From NCBI GenBank assembly GCA_965645245.1, contig OZ287071.1, positions 1,736,001 to 1,800,000 of the forward strand: DNA of 64,000 nt. The letters are read 5' to 3'. How positions within the stretch are numbered: the first letter of the stretch is position 1; the number at the start of each line of letters is the position of its first letter. This document shows, piece by piece, positions 25,547 through 37,560 of this stretch. This DNA comes from Massalongia carnosa (taxonomy: Eukaryota). The position numbers and the translations under genes were made by a program. Under the pieces are notes generated by a model. That model saw only the letters and a program-made list of their open reading frames with translations. It was not told the DNA's origin and did not search any database.

Positions 25547-27308
25547 GAGTTCTTCACAATGTGACCGCCCCTTTTCATGTCCGTATTTCATCCAAATTCC
25601 CTCACCGGAACTTCAGACTCTGATTGCCTTCTTTCCAATTCCGCGTCACGCGCCCCTTACTGTTTTTTTCTTCAGCTCTTCAGTTCTCCAGCCTAAGCCA
25701 AGTCGTGCTAGGCTGGCCCTGCTTAGCTATCTAAGTCACTTGTGATTGGGGGCTGGGCCCGAATATGTATCTATCCTCTACAAAGTACAGCCTTTTCCTT
25801 TCTTCATTCGTAAGCTAGGCTATTTCAAGGCGGGTCAAAACGAAAAGCAGCAAGCTCTGTTCTGGAAATCCTTTCCTTTTAGAGCTCCCGGGCGTTTCCC
25901 TCCACGTGCCCATTTCTCCCCTTGCCTTTCCACTTCCCCAGCTGGCAAAAAAAAAAACAAAAAACAACCCTTTATGCCAGGCAGCCCAGTTTGATATGTT
26001 CGTCTGAACAATCATTCGTAACCAAGGCGAGTCAGCGCGCGGGCTGCATGGGAAATGATTTCCCTTGTTGCCATTCTCTAGCAAAGTAGAGTAGCACTTC
26101 CAACCCACTGAAGCCTTGCATCGCATACACCCACTCGCTCACTTAATTAGTCATCATTATATGACTCACCTTTGTTTGTCCCCTTTCCTTCCTCAGTTCC
26201 TCATGAGGGAAGCGTCCACTTCGGCAACGCCGGCTGCCTACCTAGCAACAAGAGAAGAAGCTTGGCAAAACCCCTGCGAAGGTAATCTTGGTTTAATAAA
26301 CTTACACCACGCTGGACCTCTCTTGTTTCATACCCAGTCAATCCTGCCCAGTGTCTCACCAGCCTCGTCAGAAAATTCGCTCAACGAGCCAGCTTGCGCG
26401 TCATTGTCCCTTCCCCTGTCCCTTACTCCTCCCTTGCTCTCCCTTGCTCGCTCTCTCGCTCTCTCTCGCTCGCTCTCTCTCTCTCTCCCTCTCCCTCTCT
26501 CTCTCCCCTGTCATGTAAGTATTCATACCATACCACGTGAGTTATCATCTCATTAAAATCGATAGGTTGCTTCTAAATAGTTAATTTGGTGGACAGATGG
26601 GATAAGAAACAACCAAATCACCTCGTCAAATCCCACATTCATATATATTACGCATCCCCATTTCACCCTTTTTTGTGCCGGGGAGGGTTTAAGGGGTGAG
26701 TGGAGCTTCAAGGTTTTTCTCCTCTTCTTTCCAAAGGAAGAGGAGAAAAAGGGAAGAAAATGGGGGGGGTTTCTAGAAAACGAACAAAAGGAGGGGGAGG
26801 GGGGGAATATAACGTAGTACATAGTAGTTACTATCAACCTACCTTCCTACCTACCTATCTATCTATGTAACAGCTAAGTGAAACCAACCAACCAACCAAC
26901 CAGTCAACTAAACTACCTAGATAGGTAAATAGATTAGTTGAAATATATAGGAAACTTCCCCCCTCCCAAAACCCCTTCCTCATGTTGATAAGAAGGCTAT
27001 CCTAAATATAGTCGATAAAAAAAAACGTCTTTTTGAGTTCGGGGTAGAATGAATTGGATTGGATTGAATTGAACGGAAAAGGGGTTCTGGAACGAAGCAA
27101 TTCTGGTGAATCTACTATACTACACGTGACTATGTAAATGGTTGGCGCTCAAGGAATTTCCTATTATCTAATCTATTCTGATTCATACGACTAAGTGTGT
27201 GTTACATAACATAACATGCTATCACATGGCAGGATATGTATGTATGTAAGAAAAGAAAAGGACGGATAGATGAATGAATAGAGAGAAGGAAATTGCTTAA
27301 CCAGAGAA

Positions 27309-27344
27309 AAGAAGAAGAAGAAGAAGAAGAAGAAGAAGAAGAAG
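27309..27344 (+). repeat. (AAG)12 microsatellite
   Basis: Read directly. Confidence 0.9.
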
Positions 27345-27700
27345 GATAACAAAAGCAATCCCTGGAAGTGACAGGCTACCTATGTAGGATCGAAAAGCGT
27401 TCGTTACACGCATATACGCATATACACATATACGCATGCATACATACATATACATGCATATAAGTATTGACGGAGAGATAGAGGGAGTGACAAAAACACA
27501 AGGGATGGATGGATGGATGGATGGACAATGCCCCTTATTTCCGCACCTGTGCACAGTCTAGGCTGCTTAGGTAAGAAAAGTCAAGATTGCTTGCGAACGT
27601 GAACGAAGAGACAAGGCACATGGATCGGCGGAAGAAGAGGTAGGTGGATAGGTAGTTTTGAACGTAAGCCAATAACTGCAGAATCTAATTTAACCCCCTC

Positions 27701-29758
27701 CTATCGCAACGGAAGTTTGACATCCTGCACCCCCCTCTTAATTACATCCTCAAGTCGCCACCTCGGCGGCACCACCACCGCCTCTCCCTGCCTCTCCCCT
27801 CCCTTCTCCGTGCGTTTCCACTCCCGCTCCATCTCGGCCGTGACGCCCTCCAGTAAGGGTTCCGCACCGCCCGCCACGCCGGACGCGAATTTGAGCTGCA
27901 GCACGTCGCCCACGACGTCGCAGGCCGCGAGCAAGCGGTCCAGATCGTCCTTGGTGTGCGCGGCCGAGACGCAGAAGCGGGCGCGGGACGACACAAGAGG
28001 CGTGGCCGGGTATCCGACAACAACGACAGAGATCTTGCGCCTGAGCATCTCGTGGGAGAAGGCGGGCATTTTAGCGGGGTTGTAGAGCAGGAGAGGAATG
28101 ATGGGCGAGTCATCGTTGCCGTAAACGATAAAGCCGAGACGCTTCAATCCTAAACGCAGGTAACGAGAGTTGAACGCTAACCGTTGGAGTCGCTCTTCAC
28201 CCTGGCCAGGCACGAGTTCGCCCGTGATGATCCTCAGCGCAACCGAGATTTGGCTGAGAACGGGAGGAGAAGGAGTTTCTGCATAGAGGGATCCAGCGTT
28301 GGTGACTCGAAGCTTGTCAATGAGTGCTTTGTCACCCGCAATGTACCCACCATTGGCGCCGAAGGATTTCGTCAAGGTACCCATGAGAATGTCCACTTCA
28401 GAAGTATCAACGCCAAAATAGTCGCAGACCCCCCGACCGTTAGGACCGAGCGCCCCGACTGAGTGAGCTTCATCGACGAAAAGGCCGAACTTGTACTTTT
28501 TCTTCAACTTAAGGATCCCCGGCAGATTGCACATCGAACCCTCCATTGAATACAGCCCCTCGACAACCACCAAGATCTTCTTCCATGGCCTGTGCGTTCT
28601 CGGCTGCCCTTGCGAAATGACCTCGCGTAGAACTCTCTCGAGGTCGCTGACGTCATTGTGCTTGAACATCTCAATCATGGCTCCCGACAAGCGAGAGCCG
28701 AACCGGATCGATGCATGATTGAGTTCATCGGAGATGATGAGGCAGCCTTTTCCCACGAGTGCGGGGAATGCGGATGCGTTTGTGCCGAATCCCATGGAGA
28801 AGACGATGGCGGATGCTTTACCCACAAACCTGGCCACCAGCTCCTCCACTTCAACGTGGAGATCCGAAGTCCCCACGTCGCCGCGCGAGCTGGCAAAACT
28901 CAGGCCGTACTTTTTCACCGTCTCTTCGACCGCATCAGCACAAGGGCCTTCGGATTGGGCAAACCCAAGATAATTGTACGAGCTCATGTTCAACGTTTCC
29001 GTGGTCGTGCCGGTAAATTTGAAGTGCAGGTTGTTGTCGTCCGAGCGGCGATCCAACAGAGTAATGTACCTCCCAGGCACTCCAGTCACCGGTCTGGAGA
29101 AGCAGTCGTTAATTCTTATCTTGAGCCGTCTCACGTAGAAATTGTCGAAATCGCTGTTCAAGGGTGCGTAGCCGTTCCGTGCCTGCAGATGCCGATAACG
29201 CTCCTCCCGAAAGCGTTTGCCAAAAAAGTCCCTTACGTGCCCAAATATTATTAAGATTAAATAACTAATGTACGTTGTAAGGAGGTAGTAGTAAGGTGGT
29301 TCATCTTGAACCGGCTCGGGAAACTCTCCGCCTTGATGGCGACTGGTGTATCGATGCGTCTGATGACCCAATGGACCGAACTGCGCATGCTGCTTTGCTC
29401 GTCGTCGTGCCTCTGCCGGAGAGGGTGGTTGAAATAGCGTAGTCGGTGGCTCGTCGGTATTTGCGCTATCCGCTCTTGCGGTCGATAACGAAATGGTGGG
29501 CAATGACAGCGATGGAGAGCTGATTTGGGCCAAAGGATGGCCAGGGAAGGATTGCTGCTGGGCGGCCGCGAGGAGAGCGGCAGTTGCTGTTTGTGTTTCA
29601 CCCCTCGACTTGGGAGCTGTGAAGAATTGAGCCAAACGGTTTGGCCTTGATGCAGACAACCGACGAGGCATCTCGCTCTTTTCGTTAAGCATCGGCGCGA
29701 TGGTGGTGGTGGATTGGGGGCTAGCGCTCGCAAACGGATTTATCGGTCTTCGAGGCAT
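27701..29758 (-). CDS. LCB2: Serine palmitoyltransferase subunit 2
   Basis: LNMSSYNYLGFA, SDELNHASIRFG, VVEGLYSMEG, DEAHS and the PLP-lysine motif GTLTKSFGANGGY. Intronless; ATG (MPRRPINPF) at 29758. Confidence 0.96.
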   Translation of the reverse strand: MPRRPINPFASASPQSTTTIAPMLNEKSEMPRRLSASRPNRLAQFFTAPKSRGETQTATAALLAAAQQQSFPGHPLAQISSPSLSLPTISLSTARADSANTDEPPTTLFQPPSPAEARRRAKQHAQFGPLGHQTHRYTSRHQGGEFPEPVQDEPPYYYLLTTYISYLILIIFGHVRDFFGKRFREERYRHLQARNGYAPLNSDFDNFYVRRLKIRINDCFSRPVTGVPGRYITLLDRRSDDNNLHFKFTGTTTETLNMSSYNYLGFAQSEGPCADAVEETVKKYGLSFASSRGDVGTSDLHVEVEELVARFVGKASAIVFSMGFGTNASAFPALVGKGCLIISDELNHASIRFGSRLSGAMIEMFKHNDVSDLERVLREVISQGQPRTHRPWKKILVVVEGLYSMEGSMCNLPGILKLKKKYKFGLFVDEAHSVGALGPNGRGVCDYFGVDTSEVDILMGTLTKSFGANGGYIAGDKALIDKLRVTNAGSLYAETPSPPVLSQISVALRIITGELVPGQGEERLQRLAFNSRYLRLGLKRLGFIVYGNDDSPIIPLLLYNPAKMPAFSHEMLRRKISVVVVGYPATPLVSSRARFCVSAAHTKDDLDRLLAACDVVGDVLQLKFASGVAGGAEPLLEGVTAEMEREWKRTEKGGERQGEAVVVPPRWRLEDVIKRGVQDVKLPLR

Positions 29759-31106
29759 ATTAAAAATCGAGAGGTTTTCGAGCAGAAAGGATGACCGGAA
29801 AGTTGACTGAGATGTGACGCAGTTGACAATGACAAGTTTGAGGTACACCTAAGTGATGGAAATGTGTGCCGTCGATAGGACGAGACTTTTTTAGTCCTGG
29901 GAGGCAGTGTGCCGCGGCGAAGCACAAGGTATTATTATAGACGAATTTAGTCTAACGGACTGTATGAAGTCTAATAACAAAGGAAAAATTGCCCGCGTTC
30001 GAAAGTTTTGAACGCACGACGTAGCTGTCAAGGAAATTCACCAGAACGTCGGCATCGAAAGTTTCCTGGAGCGCGGGCGGAGATCGATGCTAAACCCGTG
30101 CTCCGGGGCTAACTACCTAACGCAATGACGGCAGGGTGGGGAAGAGGCCTCCTCAAGTCCTGAATGACGGTTCAATAACTCTGTACTTTGTATGTATGCG
30201 ATAAGTGATGGATGGTGGACTCCTGCTTCGATTGGCTCGAAATCCCAAACCGTTGATCCGAATCTTCCGGTTGTTGGGGGGATTTGTTGTTACAGGTGCG
30301 AATCGAATTATGCGGTTTCTGTTTGAGCAACGAATGCGGCGAGACTCGGGTGCAGCGGACACCACGTTCGGGCTAACAATGCAGTGGCAGTGGCAATGGC
30401 AATGGCAGTGGCAGCGGAAAAGTCATAACGTTGGTGAGAAGAGGAAAAAGGGAAAGGCAAAGGAACTGGAAAAAAGAAAGGGAAGAAAAAGGCGAATAAT
30501 GAAGGTGAATGTGGGATGAGTGTGAGGAAATTAACAATCTTAACGAAGGGAAAGGGACAATCAACTCGAGTTGCAGGAGATTACCGATTAGTCATGCAAT
30601 GATCATGGATGGGACTTTACCAGATACGGAAAGGCGTACGGAGGGAAAGGCAATTCATCTTCCAAGCCAATCAGACGGCAGAAAGCGAATAAACCATCCT
30701 TTTTACGGAGTAGTTGAAGTAGAGCCCGTTGAGGGACGTTTGAGGCTGTTAGCGGCGACTTCGGTTCAACATCCCGAAAAGCAAATAAGCAAGCGAGCAA
30801 GCAAAGCCTGCGTAAACAAGCTCCCTTTGTCTATGTCGTTAGATATATACCTATCATCTCGGTGTCGTCTTGATCTCCACCGCTACTTGCTTTTTCCAAG
30901 AGCATTAAACAAACTCTCCCCAGTATGCGCATCAATCCTTTTTGTTAGTCTAAAGTCATCTCTTCGTTTTCATGGCCAACTGCCCTTTCTTGCGTTGCTT
31001 CTGTGAGCGATTCGGTTCCATTCCATGCTGCCTACGACAAACCTTTAAATCCAGTCCCATTTGAATGGTAGATAATACTCCCGAAAACAAGGTTCATAAG
31101 GCTAAC

Positions 31107-33306
31107 TTAACGGCGAATTTGCCTTAACCGATTTTGAAGTTCCTCTTTCTTCGCTGCACGTAAATATTTGCCTTCAGTATAGAAATGTTGGACTAATAAG
31201 GAAAGGGTTCTAAATGGGAGAAGAAGCAGAAACACGAAGCGTTTGATTTTGTTAATGAGCCCCATATATGTGGTTGGTTCTGCGGCAGCTGCAATTCTTT
31301 GACGTTCATACCAAACACCGAACTCACGGTGGAAATTGGGAGGTAGAAGAAGGCCAAAATGGTGAGTTTTCTAATCATTGCGTTCTGCTCGATTGCCTTG
31401 CGGCTCTCCTCGAGCTGAACTATGGTAAGCTCTCGCTGCAAGTCTACTGCCGTATCGTTTAGTTCCCTTTGAATCAATATGAGAAAGTCTGTCATTCGTT
31501 TCGTCAGACGGGTAAAGCCTCCTAACGCTGTTTCTTGACGAGTATCTTGTCGGTACTCAGTTTCTATTCCATCATCTCTTTTCGAGGAGTTTGGTTCATG
31601 TTCGAGTTGTATCTGTAGCTGCTTGATAACATTGAGCTTGTCTAAAGTTTTGGTCTGAAGTATCCCAATGTCATATGTGAGGTTGTAGCTTCGCTCCGAA
31701 TTCTCTAACGGCGGATTTTTCTGATGACGCACACGCCTTTGGTTGAAATACAGAAGCCTTTTCTTATCATTTTGAACAAGTTTATCAAATGCGGTTAGAA
31801 CTCTTCCGCTAACCCATTGAATTGAGGTCATGTAGAACTTTGAACGATCTAAGCGCGATTCGCAGAAAGATATAATGATATTGTTGTAAGAATGAAAACG
31901 ATCAGCCGTAGTCTCCGAGTCTGGACAAGACTCCGTCGTCCCGGAAGTTTGCAGGAAGGGATTTTCTGAAAATGTCCGTTTCACTGTGTAGCGATCGCGC
32001 CATCCTACACTGGCTTCGGTCTCACTGACCTCATAGGTCACATTACTCAAAGGTGACAGCAAAATTAATACTGAATTCCAATCAGCCATAAATTGCCACC
32101 ATCAAATCTTTGACATACTCGTTGGAGTTATCTGCGACGAGGGCAAGTGATGTACAGTAATCCTACTAGTTCCATAAAACTGCATCTCGGGTGTGTTGAC
32201 ACGTGAAGGGCTTGATAGCCAGTCTGGCCATTCAGTAAGATGTGGGCGAAGAACGTGGCCCTGGCATTCTTTTCTGTAGGCAATTCTGTACGCGAAGGAT
32301 TCGTCTTTGAGATTTTGGACGTAGCCCTTCGTGTTGACGCAGACATTGACGTCGCAATCGACTGTAAACGTATCGGCCGGCGATTGCAGGCTGGTATGTA
32401 AGCTGTATGCATAATTATTCCTCAGGGCAAATGGGTCGCCGTCTTGAGTCCACAAGTGATTTAAAAATACTCGATAATCAATTTCAAGCTCGTGGCCAAG
32501 AAGCTTGAGTGTGACAGGTGACACATCTGGCACTATGAGAAGTTGAACAGCTATCGAAGACGGTGCCTCATCCGGGTTGATCATTAAGCGTAATTGCTCA
32601 ACCTGATCCTGTTGCTGACAGTTTAGTTCGTGACATATGGCTTCGCCGTTGTGAGGAACCTGGATCACATGGATAAATCCTTCGATTTGTCTAGGGTAAT
32701 ACTGGAATCGAGGTTCCCGATGATGTCGATCTCTGGATGGCGCACTCTCATTTTACCCAGCCTTTGATGATATGGAAATAATGCAGATGACCATCTAGCA
32801 GCTATCCCTGGTTGAGAGAGGAGTTTATCCATTTGCCTGAGTTCCTCCCATATATTACTCCTTGAAGGGATATTGTTTTGTGTAGACTTGTGATCTCCAT
32901 CGTTCTCGAGAGTAATGCTAGGTAGCCTGAAAGCCTGCTCGGGCTTGATATCCACCACCGCATCCCGGTCATGGGCAAGTGGTGAAATCGGATGTAAGCG
33001 TTGGTTGGATGCTTTTGCATAATTTGCTTGCCTCCGAACGACGTTACCTATTAACTGTAAGTAAGGCTAGATGTATGAAGCTAGTATAAGGAAATACTCA
33101 CAATGAATCCATCCACACTCTGTGTTGCATCATCAACATCCACGACGAGGAATGGATGATGGAAACAGCCTTCGTTGATGCTGCACCCCCGAAGTAGATA
33201 GTTGGGGATATCTCTTCTTCGAGGCAGCCAGCATATCAAGCCGGGACGCAAAATTGTCGGGTCCGCTCGAGGACCCAAGGCCGGACCATCCCAAAAAACT
33301 CGACAT
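31107..33306 (-). pseudogene. Disrupted gene: N-terminal G-x-I-x-WLP...HP domain fused to a fungal CorA-like C-terminal domain
   Basis: C-terminal LEESRKAIEQNAMIRKLTILAFFYLPISTVSSVFGMNV carries the CorA GMN motif. Introns at 33101-33055 and ~32117-32071 splice in frame. Frameshift between 32754 and 32665; second TM helix missing, with a frameshift near 31262. The start is uncertain. Confidence 0.7.
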
Positions 33307-34215
33307 CTCGTCCAGTTGTCTTTATATTCCAGGCTAACAGCTGTTGCTGAATGCCCTGCTCCGGTTCGATTGACTGATTCGTAGGAAGGGATGATTGACC
33401 CTAAATATTTTGGTCCGACGGATTCGCAGGAAGAGATGACAGCAGAGAATGCGTTGTTGGGGAGGTTCGTTCCGGCAGTGAAACATGAAATATGGGGAGG
33501 AAGCGGTGTAGTAAGGGTAATTAATGCCTTCGACGCTGGGATTATGGAGTTGAGTAGATAGAAGGAATATGAAGTAATTCGAAATTCGTGGTGAAAGGCG
33601 CAAGCCTTTTAATTGGTTGTATATATGGAAGGGAAAGAGAAGAAGACAAGACGAACTAAGAAAGAAAGGAGAAGACGAGACGAAGAACTGGGCTATATAA
33701 TATAGAACTCCATATTGAAGAAAGATGTGATCCATGGTGTGGCTTGCACCGCATGTGAAAATGAAGGAAATCGCTTCCCAATGACCGTAAGACGGGAAGA
33801 GATTCTGTAGAACGGTTTTGGTGGAACTTCTCACATGTGAAAAGCGACGCGGGGGAAGGAGCTACTTCTGATAAGATGATTCAGAAACAGAAAGTTAACT
33901 TGGGACTAAGCTTGCATGGTTCTCCATGGCTCTAAAGACTTTGATTCAAAGGACATTGTGCTCTATGTTTCGGTTGATACGAACATGATCGGCGCAACCA
34001 GTCGCCTAGAAATCGCTCAAGTCGTGATGGTAAACGTAGATGGTTATGTCCACAAGGCTAGGTCCTGGGTGGTAAAAAGCTGCTAAATCGTGCCTACCAG
34101 TTAAGCGAAGCGATTCTCTCAAGCTCATGATCTTTTGTTGACTCGGATAACATTTGATGATCACTGCCAGCGATTCTCTGTCGGCACGAAGTTTTGACTG
34201 TAGAGATCGACTTTC

Positions 34216-36363
34216 ATGTCTCGGAAGGACGGACCTGCGCATAAGCTACTATGGCAGCACAAAGATCCCCCCTCGACTCGCATGTACGAGTTCAAAACGA
34301 TGATTGAGAACAAGTACAACGTGAAGCTAGAAACATACGAGAGCTTACATCAATGGAGTATCACCAGTCTACCTGCATTCTGGGAACAAGTATGGCACTT
34401 CACGCAAGTACGAGCGTCAAAGCCTTTCGTCCGAGTAAGAAGCCGCCACATCCGCTCATTTGAAGACGCTGGATCAGTTGATCACAATTTAGGCCCTGAA
34501 AGAGGATGCACCAATGTTTCCACGACCAGAGTTCTTCACAGGTGCCCGTTTGAATTTTGCTGAAAACTTACTGTTCCCAGTGTGTAACCTGGACGAGAAC
34601 TCAGTGGCCATCATCGAAGCAACTGAAGACTCTCGGAATCACGTGACGTGGCATGAACTACGAGAGCGAGTCCATCAATGTACTGCTGCCATGAGAGCCC
34701 TTGGTGTTGATCAGGGAGACCGGGTGGCGGGATTCGTGGCAAATCATTGCAACTCTGTAGTAACCATGCTAGCAGCCACGTCAATTGGGGCTTTGTGGAC
34801 AGCCGTTTCACCAGACACTGGCGTTCATGCCGTTCTAGAGAGAATACAGCAGATTGGACCAGTTGTCCTATTCGCTGATAATGCTGTTAAATACAACGGG
34901 AAAGTGCATCAGGTACATGATAAATTAGTCGAAATTTCCAAGCATCTTCCAAGACTGAAGGCTGTCATCGTTTTTGAAACCATCCCAGATCACCGAATCA
35001 ATCTCCAAGAAATCATAGTTGGACATGGAAAGGCCTGGCTGTATAGAGACTTTTTGCAAACAGGTTCTCCCAAGCCAGAACTCGAATTCGTACAGCTACC
35101 ACCAGATCATCCAGTATACATCTTATACTCTTCAGGAACTACAGGGAAGCCGAAATGCATTGTCCATGGAGCCATCGGAACTTTGGTTCAACACAAAAAA
35201 GAACATAACATTCATTGCAACATTCGCCCCGGAGATGTCTTTTTCTACTTCACCACCTGTACGTGGATGATGTGGCATTGGCTCGTGTCAGGTCTTGCCT
35301 CGGGGGCTACCATTGTTCTCTATGATGGCTCCCCCTTTAGACCATTTGACGCTGATGGTGCTGGTGAATTGGCGATGCCGCGCATGATCGACGAGCTCGG
35401 TATTACCCACTTTGGCACCTCAGCCAAATACCTATCCATTCTGGAGCAGAAGAATATAGCGCCAAAAGACACGCTAGCTTTGAAATCCTTAAAAGCGATC
35501 TACAGCACAGGGAGCCCGCTTGCCCCTTCGACCTTTGAGTATGTTTACCGAGTATTTGGACCGGATATTAATCTTGGGAGCATTACCGGAGGCACAGATA
35601 TCATTTCTCTCTTTGGTGCGCCTTCCCTCCTATCGCCCGTCTATGCCGGGGAGATTCAAGTTCGAGGGCTTGGCATGGCGGTTGAAGCATGGGACTACGA
35701 GGGCAAAGATGTTACAGGTACCGGTGAACCTGGAGATCTCGTATGTGTAAAGCCATTCCCTTGCCAGCCTGTCATGTTCTGGGGCCCAGATGGCGACAAG
35801 ATATACAAGAAAAGCTACTTCGAGGTCTTTCCTGGGATCTGGCATCATGGAGATTTCGTCTGCTTCAGCCCTAAAACTGGCGGGTTGGTCATGCTTGGAC
35901 GTAGTGATGGTGTTCTGAAGCCTGCAGGTGTTCGATTTGGTAGTTCTGAGATTTATAACATACTGCTCAAGCATTTCCCCGAGGTCGAGGATGGGTTGTG
36001 TATTGGTCGACGACGGGAGACCGATGTGGATGAGACCGTGGTTCTTTTTTTGAAGATGGTTAGCAAAGGGGCATTTTCGACAGATCTAGCTCGAAGCATT
36101 CAGTCGGTGGTGAGGAAAGAGTTAAGTGCTCGGCATGTTCCTGGGATCGTTGATGAGTGCCCGGAAATCCCTGTGACGATCAATGGAAAGAAGTAAGTCG
36201 AGGAAGGAGACCTTAGTTTCCAGGAAGCGCCACTGATGTTTGAAGCAGAGTTGAAATTGCGGTCAAACAGATCCTTTGTGGATTAAACGTCAAGACATCT
36301 GCTTCGGTTGCTAACGTAGATTGTCTTCACTGGTATCGGCAGTGGAACGATGACCACATTTGA
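34216..36363 (+). CDS. Acetoacetyl-CoA synthetase (AMP-dependent ligase)
   Basis: FPRPEFFTGARLNFAENLL, AMP-binding YILYSSGTTGKPKCIVH, TTCTWMMWHWL, GRSDGVLKPAGVRFGSSEIY, PVTINGKKVE. Introns at ~34435-34491 and 36193-36248. Confidence 0.93.
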
Positions 36364-37560
36364 TAAAGATTATAGCTAAAACCAGATCATCAACATTGTT
36401 AAGCCGGTGTTAGTTCTAGCAGTGATTCACAGGGGTTTTGCGTCTGCGGAAGTCGCGCTCCGTTGTTGCAATGAAATCCTCGTCCCGGTGCGTATACTAT
36501 CAACCGCTCAACCTAGATTATTTTTTAATAAGCCAAGCTAGTACTCTGGCAATGCCATCGGCTCACTGGTATGATATATGGAATAGTAGTCCTCTGCAAG
36601 AATCATTGGCACGACATGAGCCCACTCCAGCACTAAGTTTAGGGACGTTCTTTCAACGGCAGTTTTGCCAATGATGCCATGTCTGCACGAAAGATTGCAG
36701 GATTGTATAAGCACTTAATCAACCATGATTCAACAACCCTGTGTAACGCTCTTAACGCCATGTTTTATATCCAGGATGCAAACCTGATCTGAGAACTCAT
36801 TGATTGAGTCTTTGGAAATTCTACTACTCCTGTAGCTGCTCAGCTGTCGGGGAGCCTCATGATGAGATCTGAAATCTATTCGTTGCATATTCCGCAGAAG
36901 CTTGCAGATCTTTGCCCTCGTCGTTTTTAGCAATTCGCAAGGCTCGCTGGTATTTTCTCTGTTTTTAATCTCGTCTGGCATCCTTTTCTCCTTACGCGAT
37001 TCCTTTGGTTTTATATATCTCATTCCGGCAGATTGCAGCCTTCTTAAATTCTCGACTGGACTTCCTCCTTTTCCCCCCGAAACACCGTCTGTCGCTCATT
37101 CAACCAATCGTCGCCATGGAACACCTAGTTTCACGATCGTGTTCTTTCCCCCCAATCGCAAATCGCAAAGCCATAAGAACAGCCCTTCCATCCCTGAAGC
37201 GGCACCCAGTGCATCAGAGAAGTAGCAATGAAGTTTTTGTGTCGGGGGGAGGGCTTGAGGAGGGTTGTAAAGGGGACGCGGCGTGTATTAGGACTAGAGG
37301 AGGGTGGAGAGGGGGTTTAAAAGAGGAGGGTAAGGTTGAGGCCAGGGGGTGGTGATGGGAACGGTAACAAACTTCGGGTTTTGCGAGATTATTAGATTAT
37401 TGGAGTTATTTACAGACCTATGTACCTATCATTAAAAATTTATTAATTGACCAATTGCGGTCCTAAATCCCAGCTCGCAGCGGGCCAGAAACAGCAGATA
37501 ATACCTAACTTTTTTCCCTTCACACATTAAAAAATCCCCACCCCCAAAGAACCCGGTGCT

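Noticed and set aside
36430..37355. Possible small gene between the acetoacetyl-CoA synthetase and PIG-Y genes
   Set aside because: ORFs on both strands are short or stop-interrupted and unrecognisable; a decayed gene cannot be excluded.
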